Assembly: GCF_000008665.1 (NCBI RefSeq)
Contig: NC_000917.1
Coordinates: forward strand, 1,350,001-1,382,000
Reading direction: 5' to 3'
Length of the DNA stretch: 32,000 bases
From: Archaeoglobus fulgidus DSM 4304
GTDB taxonomy: Archaea; Halobacteriota; Archaeoglobi; Archaeoglobales; Archaeoglobaceae
Shown: positions 1 to 8,484 of the stretch, in pieces
How positions within the stretch are numbered: position 1 is the stretch's first letter
Layout of the letters: every line of letters starts with the position of its first letter
Made by a program: the position numbers and the translations under genes
Notes under the pieces: model-generated
What the model was told of the DNA's origin: nothing
Database searches by the model: none
What the model saw: the letters and a program-made list of their open reading frames with translations, nothing else

Positions 1-162
1 TTAATTTTTTGTAAAAATTTAAAATTTTTAGATATATTTCTTTTCTGCGATTTTCATTTTTCCCTCATCCCAACATTGCATCAACATCTTAACTTCGTTC
101 CCATTTAGGGGCTTGCAGACATCACATGTTTGAGAAAATATTGTTCTGATGGAAGTTCGATA

Positions 163-180
163 GAAAAGTATATATATACC
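163..180 (+). promoter_or_regulatory. BRE/TATA promoter of the histone gene
   Basis: The sequence gaaaagtatatatatacc is an A-rich BRE-like stretch followed by TATATATA. It lies about 50 nt upstream of ATG 224. This predicts a leader of about 24 nt carrying the SD GGAGGTG at 211-217. Confidence 0.5.
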
Positions 181-223
181 TAATACTAAATTTTGTATCG
201 AAAAGAGATAGGAGGTGTGTTGG

Positions 224-427
224 ATGGCTGAGTTGCCGATGGCACCGGTTGACAGATTGATTAGGAAGGCTGGGGCTGAGAGAGTAAGTGCAGATGCAGT
301 GGAAAAGATGGTCGAAGTGCTTGAGGACTACGCAATTACCGTTGCTAAGAAAGCTGTGGAAATTGCGAAGCACTCTGGCAGAAAGACCGTCACTGCGGAC
401 GACATTAAGCTCGCTCTCTCGATGTAA
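224..427 (+). CDS. Archaeal histone (HMf/HAf family, single histone fold)
   Basis: I trimmed the track ORF 215..427 (GTG) to ATG 224, which lies 6 nt after [29 protein letters not shown]...[18 protein letters not shown] is a typical 67-aa archaeal histone with the RKTV..DD loop signature. Confidence 0.93.
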   Translation: MAELPMAPVDRLIRKAGAERVSADAVEKMVEVLEDYAITVAKKAVEIAKHSGRKTVTADDIKLALSM

Positions 428-454
428 AAATTTTAAATTTACCTTAAATTTTTT
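428..454. terminator. Shared T-rich termination zone between convergent histone and pgiA
   Basis: The 25-nt gap contains T4 (431-434), T3 and T6 (449-454) on the plus strand and matching A/T runs on the minus strand. Oligo-T tracts are the usual archaeal terminators. Confidence 0.35.
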
Positions 455-1160
455 AGACGACTTCAAAAGCGTTTTCGAAGATTTCCTGATGCTCGTGGGG
501 CTTGACCAGAAATTCTAGCTTTTCTATGGTGTAAACGAGGTCGTACATGTCCCCCTTAACATCCAGCACGTTTTTGGGTTTCGCAAACCTTATTTCTGGA
601 GCATCATCGTAGTTCCTGTTTCTGACCCACTCCCCGTTGATGTAGTAGTAGCAAGCGCCCCTCCTCTTCGTGTAGGGTTCGTAGATGGAGCTGAAGTTCC
701 TGCACACCCAGTTTGCGGTGATTAAATCGCTCTCAGTCGGGTTAATGGTCACGTGACCGTAGTTTGGTGGAATTATTACTGTGTCCCACTTCTTCCCCTC
801 AACGACTATCACATCCTCGATTTTTCCGTTTGAAGGCTTTTGCAGTATGAAAAGGGCCTCTCCCTCAAGCACCTGGTAAACTTCAGGATAGGTAAAGCCC
901 CTTACAACTTCCGGATGATAGTGGCCGTAAGTTTTAATGCTCTCTCCACCTATGTTGTTTGGCGGTATAACCGTGTAGTCGTATCTCAGCCCTGCATTTC
1001 TGATAATCTCCGCCTCCTCGTCTGTTTTGAAGGAATCCCTGAACATGTAGTAAGCGTCAAAATCTTCCTTAAGTGCTTCGGGAAAAGCAAGAACGGGTTT
1101 TAAATCAGAGGCTTTTCTAACCTCTGACTGAAAAACCTTCTTTCCGAAAACAAACTCCAT
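453..1160 (-). CDS. pgiA: Cupin-type glucose-6-phosphate isomerase (cPGI)
   Basis: 235 aa. Cupin metal motifs are present: TYGHYHPEVVRGFTYPEVY and PPNYGHVTINP. Length and overall sequence resemble the Pyrococcus/Archaeoglobus cPGI. ATG 1160 lies 26-27 nt from the TATA at 1183-1190. Confidence 0.85.
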   Translation of the reverse strand: MEFVFGKKVFQSEVRKASDLKPVLAFPEALKEDFDAYYMFRDSFKTDEEAEIIRNAGLRYDYTVIPPNNIGGESIKTYGHYHPEVVRGFTYPEVYQVLEGEALFILQKPSNGKIEDVIVVEGKKWDTVIIPPNYGHVTINPTESDLITANWVCRNFSSIYEPYTKRRGACYYYINGEWVRNRNYDDAPEIRFAKPKNVLDVKGDMYDLVYTIEKLEFLVKPHEHQEIFENAFEVV

Positions 1161-1182
1161 GATTAAAAAAAGAGCCGGATGT

Positions 1183-1211
1183 ATTTAAAGCTTGTTCAGA
1201 AAGGTATTATA
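1183..1211. promoter_or_regulatory. Back-to-back TATA boxes forming a bidirectional leaderless promoter
   Basis: tttaaata (minus sense, 1183-1190) is centred 26.5 nt from pgiA ATG 1160. gtattata (1204-1211) is centred about 26.5 nt from archease ATG 1234. No SD lies in between. Confidence 0.55.
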
Positions 1212-1233
1212 GCAGGTTGTGTGAAGAATTAAC

Positions 1234-1647
1234 ATGAAATACAGATTCATAGACCACACCGCAGACATAGCCTTCGAGGTTTACGGTTCAAACTTGAGGG
1301 AGTTATTCGAGAATGCTGCTCTCGCCTTTTATGATGCTTTTGTTGACACATCAGGAATTGGAATAGAAAGGGAAGTTGGGGTTGAGTGCGAGGGGGAGGA
1401 TGTGGAGATCACGCTTTACAGATGGCTGAACGAGCTGCTCTACCTCTTTGACACCGAATTCTTCGCCGCAAAGGATGTGGAGGTTGAGGTTGAGGAGGGT
1501 GATGGGGTCAAGGCGTCGGGAAAGCTCAGGGGAGGGAGGTTCAGCGCCGAAATGGTCAAGGTTGAGCCCAAGGCGATAACTCTGCACAAGTTCAGAGTGG
1601 AGAAAACAGATAAGGGATACGTTGCTTTCGTCGTTGTGGACATATGA
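1234..1647 (+). CDS. Archease
   Basis: 137 aa. The N-terminus MKYRFIDHTADIAFEVYG carries the DHTAD(I/V) archease signature. The C-terminal AITLHKF...VVVDI is typical of the family. Confidence 0.9.
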   Translation: MKYRFIDHTADIAFEVYGSNLRELFENAALAFYDAFVDTSGIGIEREVGVECEGEDVEITLYRWLNELLYLFDTEFFAAKDVEVEVEEGDGVKASGKLRGGRFSAEMVKVEPKAITLHKFRVEKTDKGYVAFVVVDI

Positions 1648-2705
1648 AGGAAATCTATCTTCCCCTGCACCACGGAAAGGCACCTCACTGGCTGCTCAGC
1701 AGAATGAAAAAGCTGGCAAAGCCCATAGTCAAGCTAATAGTCCTCGAATACGGAGAAAGGGAGTTTCTCGAAAGGCTTTCCAATCCTATATTCTTCCAGT
1801 CTCTTTCAAACGTCCTCGGATTTGATTGGAATTCAAGTGGTGTTACGACGGTCCTTACAGGAGTTCTGAAAGCGGTAATCAACAACGAGGAATTCGACAT
1901 AAGGATTGCAGGGGGCAAGGGAGGCAATGCTCTCAAAACACCAGAGGAGATTATGAATTACTCTGAGCAGATCGGGGCTGATGGGGAAAAGCTGGTTGAG
2001 TTCAGCAGGCTGGCGGCAAAGGCTGACAACGCTGCTCTCATCGACGGCTACTCCCTCTACCATCACGCGGTAATATTCACGCCGAGGTACTTCACCGTCA
2101 TTCAGCAGGGGATGAACGAGACTGAAAGAATGGCTCGCAGATACCACTGGAACGTTTACTCAAGCGTTCCCGAGCTGGAAAACGTGCACGAAGGAATCAT
2201 TACCGAGAGAAGAGAAAATGAAGTTGTGAACATGCTCTCCGACATCAGCAGAGATGCTAAAAGGCTCTGTGTTGATATTGTCAGGGACGGAAGTTTCAGG
2301 AGGGACTACGAGCGGATGATTTCGGTTTTGAGGTGGAGAAAAGGGCTGAGAGTCCCTAAAAAGCTCGACTGGAAAGTGGTTGAGAGGGCCTACAACCTAC
2401 AGCCGGAGCGGTTCGAGGAGTTGCTTTTGATTAGGGGCTTTGGGAGAGAGACGATTCGAGCTCTCGCCCTTGTTGCTGAGATTATTTACAACACTGAGTA
2501 CGACAAGACTGATCCGGCAAAGTACTGCTTTGCTGTTGGCGGTAAGGACGGAGTGCCCTTTCCGGTAAGAAGGGACATTTACGATGAAATTATTGAGTTC
2601 ATGCGCGAGACTGTTAAGCAGGCCGAAATCGGCGATTTTGAAAAGAAAAAGATGCTGGAGAGGCTGAGCAGATATGGATGTGATTGTCAGGAAAGGCGAG
2701 ATTAG
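1644..2705 (+). CDS. DUF763-like protein of unknown function
   Basis: 353 aa and soluble. The ATG overlaps the archease stop (ATGA, 1644-1647). PLHHGKAPHWL, GGKGGNALKTP and a C-terminal HhH-like IRGFGRETIRALALVAE plus FAVGGKDGVPFPV resemble DUF763 as I remember it. Confidence 0.6.
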   Translation: MKEIYLPLHHGKAPHWLLSRMKKLAKPIVKLIVLEYGEREFLERLSNPIFFQSLSNVLGFDWNSSGVTTVLTGVLKAVINNEEFDIRIAGGKGGNALKTPEEIMNYSEQIGADGEKLVEFSRLAAKADNAALIDGYSLYHHAVIFTPRYFTVIQQGMNETERMARRYHWNVYSSVPELENVHEGIITERRENEVVNMLSDISRDAKRLCVDIVRDGSFRRDYERMISVLRWRKGLRVPKKLDWKVVERAYNLQPERFEELLLIRGFGRETIRALALVAEIIYNTEYDKTDPAKYCFAVGGKDGVPFPVRRDIYDEIIEFMRETVKQAEIGDFEKKKMLERLSRYGCDCQERRD

Positions 2706-3924
2706 AGGGAAGGCGAAACCGCCCGCCTCCAAAAGCTACACGCACAGAGCGTTCATAGCTGCATCCCTCTCCCCATCGGCAAGAGTTGTGAATCCGCTAA
2801 TCTCCGAGGACACGATTTCCACGCTCAATGCATGTAAGAGAATTGGAGCGGCTGTGCTAAAAAAAGGAAACGAGTGGCTTTTCAGCGGAGTTGATGGTGT
2901 TGAAGCTGAAGGGTACTTCAACTTCGCGAACTCGGGAACGACCTTGAGAATTTTCACAGGTCTTCTCTCCCTGTCGCCCTTCAGAAGCGTTGTTGATGGC
3001 GACGAGTCTCTGAGGAAGAGGCCAAACGGGGAGCTTGTGCTCGCACTCTCCAAACTCGGTGCAAGGTTCAAGGGTAGGGAGCCTTACACACCACCCTTCT
3101 CGGTTCAGGGGGTGATTAAGGGAGGAGAGGTGGAGATTGAAGCTCCGAGCTCACAGTTCGTCTCTTCCCTCCTCTTTGCGCTGTCGCTGGCTGAGGGCGA
3201 TTCTTCGCTTAGGGTGGAGAAGGTGAAATCACAGCCATACATAGACGTGACTCTCGACGTTCTCAGGGAGAGCGGCGTTAAGGTTGAGAGAGAGGGGAAT
3301 TTTTACCACATACCCGGCTCACAGAGCTTCAAGCTGCGGAGATATGACGTCCCGGCGGACTTCTCTTCTGCAAGCTACCTCATCGCTGCTGGTTTGATTG
3401 CAGGAGAGGTCGTTCTGGAGGGCATGTTCGAGTCCGCTCAGGGCGACAGAAAAATTGTCGACATCTGCAGGGAAATGGGTGGCAGCGTGGAGTGGGATAA
3501 AAAGAGAGGTGTCATCAGAGCGGAGAGGTCGGAGCTGGAGGGCGTTGAGGTTGACGCTTCTGACATCCCCGACCTCGTGCCAACAATCGCCGTTCTGGCT
3601 GCTGTGGCCAAAGGAAAAACGAGAATTTACAACGCCGAGCACCTGAGGATAAAGGAGATAGACAGGATAGAGGGAATCCATCAGAACCTGAAGGCCTTGG
3701 GTGTTGAGTCGAAACCCCTGAAGGATGGATTAATCATAAAAGGGGGCAAGGGGGAGTTCAGGGGAGTGGTGGACTCATTCGGAGACCACAGAATGGCCCT
3801 TGCCTTCTCACTCCTCGGCCTTCTCGGGGAGGTGAAATGCAGGAATGCGGAGGTCGTTTCTGTCTCGTTTCCGGGCTACTTCAGAGTGCTTGAGTCCTTG
3901 GGAGCCAGCGTAATCAGACTCTGA
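2674..3924 (+). CDS. aroA: 3-phosphoshikimate 1-carboxyvinyltransferase (EPSP synthase)
   Basis: 416 aa. Motifs seen: PPASKSYTHRA (K-S-x-x-H-R), LRKRP, SSQFVSSLL, DHRMALAF. It overlaps the upstream gene by 32 nt. Confidence 0.93.
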   Translation: MDVIVRKGEIRGKAKPPASKSYTHRAFIAASLSPSARVVNPLISEDTISTLNACKRIGAAVLKKGNEWLFSGVDGVEAEGYFNFANSGTTLRIFTGLLSLSPFRSVVDGDESLRKRPNGELVLALSKLGARFKGREPYTPPFSVQGVIKGGEVEIEAPSSQFVSSLLFALSLAEGDSSLRVEKVKSQPYIDVTLDVLRESGVKVEREGNFYHIPGSQSFKLRRYDVPADFSSASYLIAAGLIAGEVVLEGMFESAQGDRKIVDICREMGGSVEWDKKRGVIRAERSELEGVEVDASDIPDLVPTIAVLAAVAKGKTRIYNAEHLRIKEIDRIEGIHQNLKALGVESKPLKDGLIIKGGKGEFRGVVDSFGDHRMALAFSLLGLLGEVKCRNAEVVSVSFPGYFRVLESLGASVIRL

Positions 3925-4792
3925 CGTACTTCCCGTCTTCTTTTCTTACCCTCCCTTCCATTTCGAGCTTTTCGATGTGCTTCTCAATCATAACCCTCTC
4001 AAAGAAGTCCAGTATCTCCTTTGCGTAGGGCTTTCTCCCGTAAATGGGGGAAAGCTCGACGAGCTCATCCAAGCTCTTCGGTTCCTCAAGAAGACTTAGA
4101 ATTATCTCTTCCCTCTCTTTTATCTTCCTCTTGAACTCCAAGATTCTTCCCTCAGCCTCCTCCTTTCCGAATACTGGCTTCGAATGGGCCGACACGAAAA
4201 TCTCGAAGTCGATGTCGAGGAGCTTGTCCATTTCCCTCTCAAAGAGGTAGGGATCTGCTTCTGGATTCCCGTAGAAGGGTCCAAAGGAGGTTAAATCAAC
4301 ATCGGCCCCAAAAAGAACCTTCTGCTCGATCAGAAAAACGTGGTGGTCCATGGTGTGACCTTTAACGGGTACTGCAACTATTTCGGGCTCCTTTACAACA
4401 ACACCCTCCTCGTATCTTTCACACTCAAACTCCCTCAGCCCTGTGGCGGCGCTTATAAACCTCTTCCAGCTTTCTACCAAATCGGGTGCAACAAAGCGCC
4501 TTGCGAGGGTGTCGAGCGTAATCCTGCCCTCCGCAGGAGCCAGGACGTCTTTAAAGAGCCATGCACCACTGGAATGATCAGGGTGGAGGTGGGAAAGGAC
4601 TAGCAAGCTCGCGTTGACTTTCCTCATAACCTCAAGTCCTGCTCCGGCGTCGATAACCACATCCCCAACCACGACAACGTTGCAGTAGGGAAATCTCCCC
4701 CCGTTCATACCCTCGATAACTCTAACACCTCTCATTACTTCCATTGCATTCCCCAACAACTTATTGTTGAAAACACTATCGAACGCGGCCAA
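3914..4792 (-). CDS. MBL-fold metallo-hydrolase
   Basis: HxHxDH motif in LSHLHPDHSSG, followed by GHTMDH. The start is uncertain: the track start 4792 is TTG, and ATG 4744 (MEVMRGVRVIEG...) is an equally good candidate. The 3' end overlaps aroA convergently by 11 nt. Confidence 0.8.
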   Translation of the reverse strand: MAAFDSVFNNKLLGNAMEVMRGVRVIEGMNGGRFPYCNVVVVGDVVIDAGAGLEVMRKVNASLLVLSHLHPDHSSGAWLFKDVLAPAEGRITLDTLARRFVAPDLVESWKRFISAATGLREFECERYEEGVVVKEPEIVAVPVKGHTMDHHVFLIEQKVLFGADVDLTSFGPFYGNPEADPYLFEREMDKLLDIDFEIFVSAHSKPVFGKEEAEGRILEFKRKIKEREEIILSLLEEPKSLDELVELSPIYGRKPYAKEILDFFERVMIEKHIEKLEMEGRVRKEDGKYVRV

Positions 4793-4832
4793 GCAGTTGA
4801 AGAAGGAAAGGAGTCTGCTCGGAAACGCGTAT

Positions 4833-5537
4833 ATGGCTGCCCTTCTGTTCTACATTTCAGCTATCTTCGTTCCTGAGGCAATATGGCTTCTCTGGAGCTT
4901 CCCACACTGGGAAACCATGCATGTATGGAATTCTCTCAGCGAGATACCCACCGCCTATGTTACGGCTTTCATTTCTGGAGACGCTTTGCTCGCTGTAATC
5001 GGCTTCTGGGTTGCAGCAAAGCTAATAAGGTCCGGGAGAGATTACGCAGCCCACATCCAGTGGATAGCCGGATACTTCGCCTTTTTCTTCGTTTTGGCTC
5101 ACGGATGGGATGGAACGGGATGGCAGAGGTTCACTTGGGACCCCACGGTGACGGGCATGCCATGGGAGCCGGGGAGAACGATGTGGGTGGATTTTGCAAC
5201 GAGCAACGTTGCCATTACGCTTTACGCAATGGCCCTGCCGACGATAGTCCCGATGATTGCTGGAGGCTACATCTGGCTCAGGAACGGTCACATTCTTGCA
5301 GGTTTGGATGGGGCAAGAGCCTCCAGTTTGGCTGTGAAGGGAGTTGCTATATATCTCCTCGGAGTCTTCGTGGCTTTTCTGATGGCCGCGTGTGCGACAG
5401 TAATTTCGCTGCACCTCACCACGCAGGCAGGGATGCTGGTTGGAGTGATTGTCACAATTACCGTAGCCTACGCTCTGGCCTTCAGAAGGGGAGGAATTCT
5501 TCAAACCGCAATTTCTAGAGGATTTAACTTGACATAA
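4833..5537 (+). CDS. Polytopic membrane protein, unknown function
   Basis: About 6-7 hydrophobic segments and Trp-rich loops (GWDGTGWQRFTWDPTVTGMPWEPG). The track start 4764 is TTG, so I moved it to the first ATG (4833, MAALLFYISA). No clear promoter or SD is visible, so the start remains uncertain. Confidence 0.6.
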   Translation: MAALLFYISAIFVPEAIWLLWSFPHWETMHVWNSLSEIPTAYVTAFISGDALLAVIGFWVAAKLIRSGRDYAAHIQWIAGYFAFFFVLAHGWDGTGWQRFTWDPTVTGMPWEPGRTMWVDFATSNVAITLYAMALPTIVPMIAGGYIWLRNGHILAGLDGARASSLAVKGVAIYLLGVFVAFLMAACATVISLHLTTQAGMLVGVIVTITVAYALAFRRGGILQTAISRGFNLT

Positions 5538-5552
5538 CTTTTAAATAGTTAT

Positions 5553-5560
5553 TTTTATAA
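5553..5560 (+). promoter_or_regulatory. TATA box of the Roadblock operon (leaderless)
   Basis: ttttataa is centred 26.5 nt upstream of ATG 5583. Confidence 0.5.
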
Positions 5561-5582
5561 CACTTTTATTGCTGGTGATAAC

Positions 5583-5927
5583 ATGTTCGAAAACGTGATA
5601 GCCGATATGCTCAGTGTTAATGGTGTTAAAGGTGTGTACATCGTTGATGCTGAGGGGGCCCTGATCGAGGCCGAGTCGATTTTTTCTGACGATGATGAGG
5701 TCTATGCTGCCCTGATTGCCGACGCTTTTAACAAAGCCTCAGAAGTTTTGAGTAAAATATCCTCCGATGAGCCGGAGCTTTTGATGATAGACGGTAAAAA
5801 AGACCGGATTGTGGCTTCAAGGGCGGGGGACTTAATCTTCGGCATAATTGCCGACCAGAAAACCAATTATGGATTGCTGAAAATAGAAATCAAAAAGGCG
5901 GTTGAAAAAATAACGGCCATGGTGTAG
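5583..5927 (+). CDS. Roadblock/LC7 (MglB-like) domain protein
   Basis: 114 aa. VNGVKGVYIVDAEGALIEAES and LLMIDGKKDRIVASRAGDLIFGIIAD fit the Roadblock/LC7 alpha-beta-alpha pattern. Confidence 0.8.
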   Translation: MFENVIADMLSVNGVKGVYIVDAEGALIEAESIFSDDDEVYAALIADAFNKASEVLSKISSDEPELLMIDGKKDRIVASRAGDLIFGIIADQKTNYGLLKIEIKKAVEKITAMV

Positions 5928-5931
5928 AGCT

Positions 5932-6675
5932 ATGATGATTCCGAAGGGAGAGGTAGTGGAGCTTGGCAAGAGGGGGAACTTCAGAGACATTCTTAAGGAA
6001 TTATCCGCTACGGGGTTTACCGGCTATTTGGAGGTCTCGTACAAAAAAGGAGAGCTTTCCAGGGCCAAGGTACTTTTTAGCAACGGTAAAATTGTTGCTG
6101 CCGGTATCAAGAGGGTGATAAGCAAAAGTGAAATCGTAGGAGAAAAGGCGCTTGAAGAGTTGCTCGGCCTTGAAAGCTGTGTTGTTGACGTCTACGCCCT
6201 CGATGAAGGAAAGGTGGCAAAGGCTCTCGAGTGGAACAGGAATGCTGTGGTGGAGCACCTCCCCGAAACGGAGGTTGAGGTAGAGGGTGGGCTGACAGAG
6301 GAGATTATAACCACCCCCGACGAGAGGGAAGCAATTCTCAAAAAGTACGGAATAAAAATGCCTTCCGAAGAAGAGATCGACCAGATAATCATGAACGCCC
6401 TCGATGGCAGCTACGATGTCATTGCCGCCACAACCTCTGCTCCCGGCGATTTCGAATCCCTCAAGAATTCGCTTATAAGCACGGCCGAGCTTTATCTCGG
6501 AAAAATGTCCAAGAAGGTTGTTGATGTGATAAACGACTGCAAGTCGGCTGAGGAGCTTGTGGAGAGGTTTGACGAAATTAGAAGCGCTGCAAAATCTTTG
6601 GTCATTTTCATCCCGAGGAAAAAAATAGATGAGATGCTCTCCGAAATGGAGAGGCTAATCGGGGAGAGTATTTAA
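5932..6675 (+). CDS. DUF4388/DUF2226-like protein with acidic linker and helical C-terminal module
   Basis: 247 aa, starting 4 nt after the Roadblock stop. The N-terminus GNFRDILKELSATGFTGYLEV...VLFSNGKIVAA...GEKALEELL follows the DUF4388 (PATAN-associated) pattern. A Glu-rich linker and a helical tail follow. Confidence 0.6.
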   Translation: MMIPKGEVVELGKRGNFRDILKELSATGFTGYLEVSYKKGELSRAKVLFSNGKIVAAGIKRVISKSEIVGEKALEELLGLESCVVDVYALDEGKVAKALEWNRNAVVEHLPETEVEVEGGLTEEIITTPDEREAILKKYGIKMPSEEEIDQIIMNALDGSYDVIAATTSAPGDFESLKNSLISTAELYLGKMSKKVVDVINDCKSAEELVERFDEIRSAAKSLVIFIPRKKIDEMLSEMERLIGESI

Positions 6676-6878
6676 CCCTCTTTTTCAAGCCTTTCCTCGA
6701 CTATTTCGACATACTCCCTAAGCTCCTTGTTCATTTTCAGAACGCTGAGAATTTCCTTGTAGTTTGAGTCGTCCACGTCATCGTAGCCCAAACTTTCCAT
6801 TGCCTTGTTCAGGAAGATTTTTGCGATCGGCCCGATTTCCTTTTTGAGCTCATCTAAAAGTTTTTTGTAGGTTATCAT
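6672..6878 (-). CDS. 68-aa all-helical protein, unknown function
   Basis: Its start overlaps the stop of the HAMP gene (ATGA, 6875-6878). Its stop shares TTAA (6672-6675) with the convergent gene. LLDELKKEIGPIAKIFLNKAMESLG is a predicted helical hairpin. Confidence 0.6.
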   Translation of the reverse strand: MITYKKLLDELKKEIGPIAKIFLNKAMESLGYDDVDDSNYKEILSVLKMNKELREYVEIVEERLEKEG

Positions 6879-7891
6879 TTCAGTGCCTCCTCAAGGCTCT
6901 CCATGGCGACCTTGAGGCTCCTTCTCAGCCTTTCGATACTCTTTGCAAGAATACCGATTTCATCAGCCCTGTTCTGGTGCGGAACCTCAGCCTCAAGGTT
7001 TCCTTCGGCAATCTTGTCGGCAGTGTTGCTCAGCTCGATTATGGGTCTCGTAATGGTCGAGGTTGTGAACACCGCCAGAACGATGACGAAAACTATAGCA
7101 ATTGCCGCTGCAATACCCAAAGCGTAGTAAACCTGCTGAATTGCACCCTCAACACTCTTGCTTATCTCACTGGCGATGTTCTCTGCAGGATTGGCGGGGT
7201 TCTGGGTGAGGTACTGGAAGTAACCGTCGATGTAGGCTGAGGTTCCCACAACAACCCACAGCTGACCCTTGGAAATCGGGTCATAGACCTTTATGGTCGT
7301 GGGATAGTGGCAGAGATATTTCGGAATTTCTTCCTTTTCAGGTGTTTCGGGGTCATCCCAGTGGTAATAGCCACAAACCGGCTTTGGAGCTTCAGGGTTT
7401 TCGGTTATTTTGAGGAGCAGGTTGTAAAGCTCAGGCATTGTTTCGTTCCATCTCAGCATCGCAACGTCAACACCAAGGTACTTTTCGTACTGTCCGGTGA
7501 AGGCGGGATGCGTTAGGATAACTGCCACATCCCTACCCGCAACTTTGTTACCAGCACCAACCCAGGTGTACTCCTTCGCACCCCAGCGTTGTGCTCCAAG
7601 ACTTCTGAACTTCGGGTCTTGAATTAAGTCAAAGGTTGTGAGCATGGTTTTGTTCTCGAGTTTCATCTTTGCCTCAATGTAGGTCTGAACTGCCAAGGCC
7701 AAATCCTGTGCCTTCATCCTGACAGCTTCCTCACCGGCCTTGGTCAGGTATTCCTGGCTGACTGTTGTAACGCCCTGCTTCGCCTCTTCAGCAGAGGATG
7801 TCATCCCAGCTATGGTAAGATAACCAAGAACGCTCAGGGGCACAAGGCTTGCAACAACCACTATCAAAACAATTTGGGGCGTCAACTTCAT
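6875..7891 (-). CDS. Two-TM receptor with extracytoplasmic Cache-like domain and HAMP domain, no output domain
   Basis: TM1 is IVLIVVVASLVPLSVLGYLTIAG. An outside domain of about 230 aa follows, then TM2 (LGIAAAIAIVFVIVLAVFTT). The HAMP domain is ITRPIIELSNTADKIAEGNLEAEV...ADEIGILAKSIERLRRSL, and the protein ends 15 aa later. Confidence 0.8.
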   Translation of the reverse strand: MKLTPQIVLIVVVASLVPLSVLGYLTIAGMTSSAEEAKQGVTTVSQEYLTKAGEEAVRMKAQDLALAVQTYIEAKMKLENKTMLTTFDLIQDPKFRSLGAQRWGAKEYTWVGAGNKVAGRDVAVILTHPAFTGQYEKYLGVDVAMLRWNETMPELYNLLLKITENPEAPKPVCGYYHWDDPETPEKEEIPKYLCHYPTTIKVYDPISKGQLWVVVGTSAYIDGYFQYLTQNPANPAENIASEISKSVEGAIQQVYYALGIAAAIAIVFVIVLAVFTTSTITRPIIELSNTADKIAEGNLEAEVPHQNRADEIGILAKSIERLRRSLKVAMESLEEALK

Positions 7892-8484
7892 CTCCTAACC
7901 ACCTCCACAAAGTCGTTAACCTTAACACCAAGCTTCTCCCTAACCCACGTGGGGACAACAATAAATCCCTCCTTGGAGTAGGGTAAAACCCTCAGGTTCA
8001 CGGTTCCATTTTTCTTAACGCTCACGTACTCACCCTCTTTGACGCCAATGGCGTTCATGATGTCCTCCGCCAGAAAAGCAACGTCGCTTCCCTCATAATC
8101 GTACTTTTGTGTGAAGGTGAGGTCAACACCAACCTTCGTCTTTGCCGCACCCGTTATGGTTGATATTGTTTTTTCAATTTCTTTTTCGGCTTTTGAGACC
8201 TCTTCCTCGACCGAGGCTATTTCCTGCCTGACGTCATTAACTGTTTTCTTGGCCTCAACCTGTCCTGTTGACCCTTTCTCCCTCAGATACCTCCCTATTT
8301 CTATGATCATCTGTTCTGGTGGAAGCTTCACGAACTCTTCCAGAACATCATCGGGTATTATTCCTTTATAAACTTCTCTAATCTCGTAGGATTTTAACTT
8401 TGCTTCAAGCTCCTTGACTTTTTCTTGAAGTTCTCTGATAATAGCCTCTTTCTCTGCCAGCAATTTTTGACATTCGTCGTCCAT
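7888..8484 (-). CDS. Coiled-coil protein with C-terminal VAT-N/AbrB-like (cradle-loop barrel) domain
   Basis: I trimmed the track GTG 8493 to ATG 8484, which follows GGAGG after an 8-nt spacer. The N-terminal part has heptad-rich helices (LLAEKEAIIRELQEKVKELEAKLK; EEEVSKAEKEIEKT). The C-terminal FLAEDIMNAIGVKEGEYVSVKK...VVPTWVREKLGVKVNDFVEV repeats the pattern lG-v-x-GD-x-V. Confidence 0.65.
   Translation of the reverse strand: MDDECQKLLAEKEAIIRELQEKVKELEAKLKSYEIREVYKGIIPDDVLEEFVKLPPEQMIIEIGRYLREKGSTGQVEAKKTVNDVRQEIASVEEEVSKAEKEIEKTISTITGAAKTKVGVDLTFTQKYDYEGSDVAFLAEDIMNAIGVKEGEYVSVKKNGTVNLRVLPYSKEGFIVVPTWVREKLGVKVNDFVEVVRR

Noticed and set aside
1-456. Similar AT-rich strings flanking the histone gene (aaaatttaaaatttttag at about 14-31 and aaaattttaaattt...aaattttttag at 427-456); I considered a repeat pair or mobile-element ends
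   Set aside because: The sequence is low-complexity A/T and is consistent with archaeal oligo-T terminators and promoter-proximal DNA. There is no extended identity and no target-site duplication.
122-518. ORFs 122..466 (-) and 288..518 (+) overlapping the histone gene
   Set aside because: They are antisense or out of frame relative to an unmistakable histone CDS. Their composition is odd and they have no start context.
4754-4769. Inverted repeat CAACAA-CTTA-TTGTTG between the divergent MBL and membrane-protein genes
   Set aside because: The arms are only 6 bp, which is easily expected by chance in 32 kb. The repeat may also lie inside coding sequence, depending on which starts are real.
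4883-5518. ORFs 4883..5518 (+) and 5022..5504 (-) inside the membrane-protein gene
   Set aside because: They are Arg/Cys/His-rich translations typical of off-frame reads. The 4833..5537 frame gives coherent TM helices.
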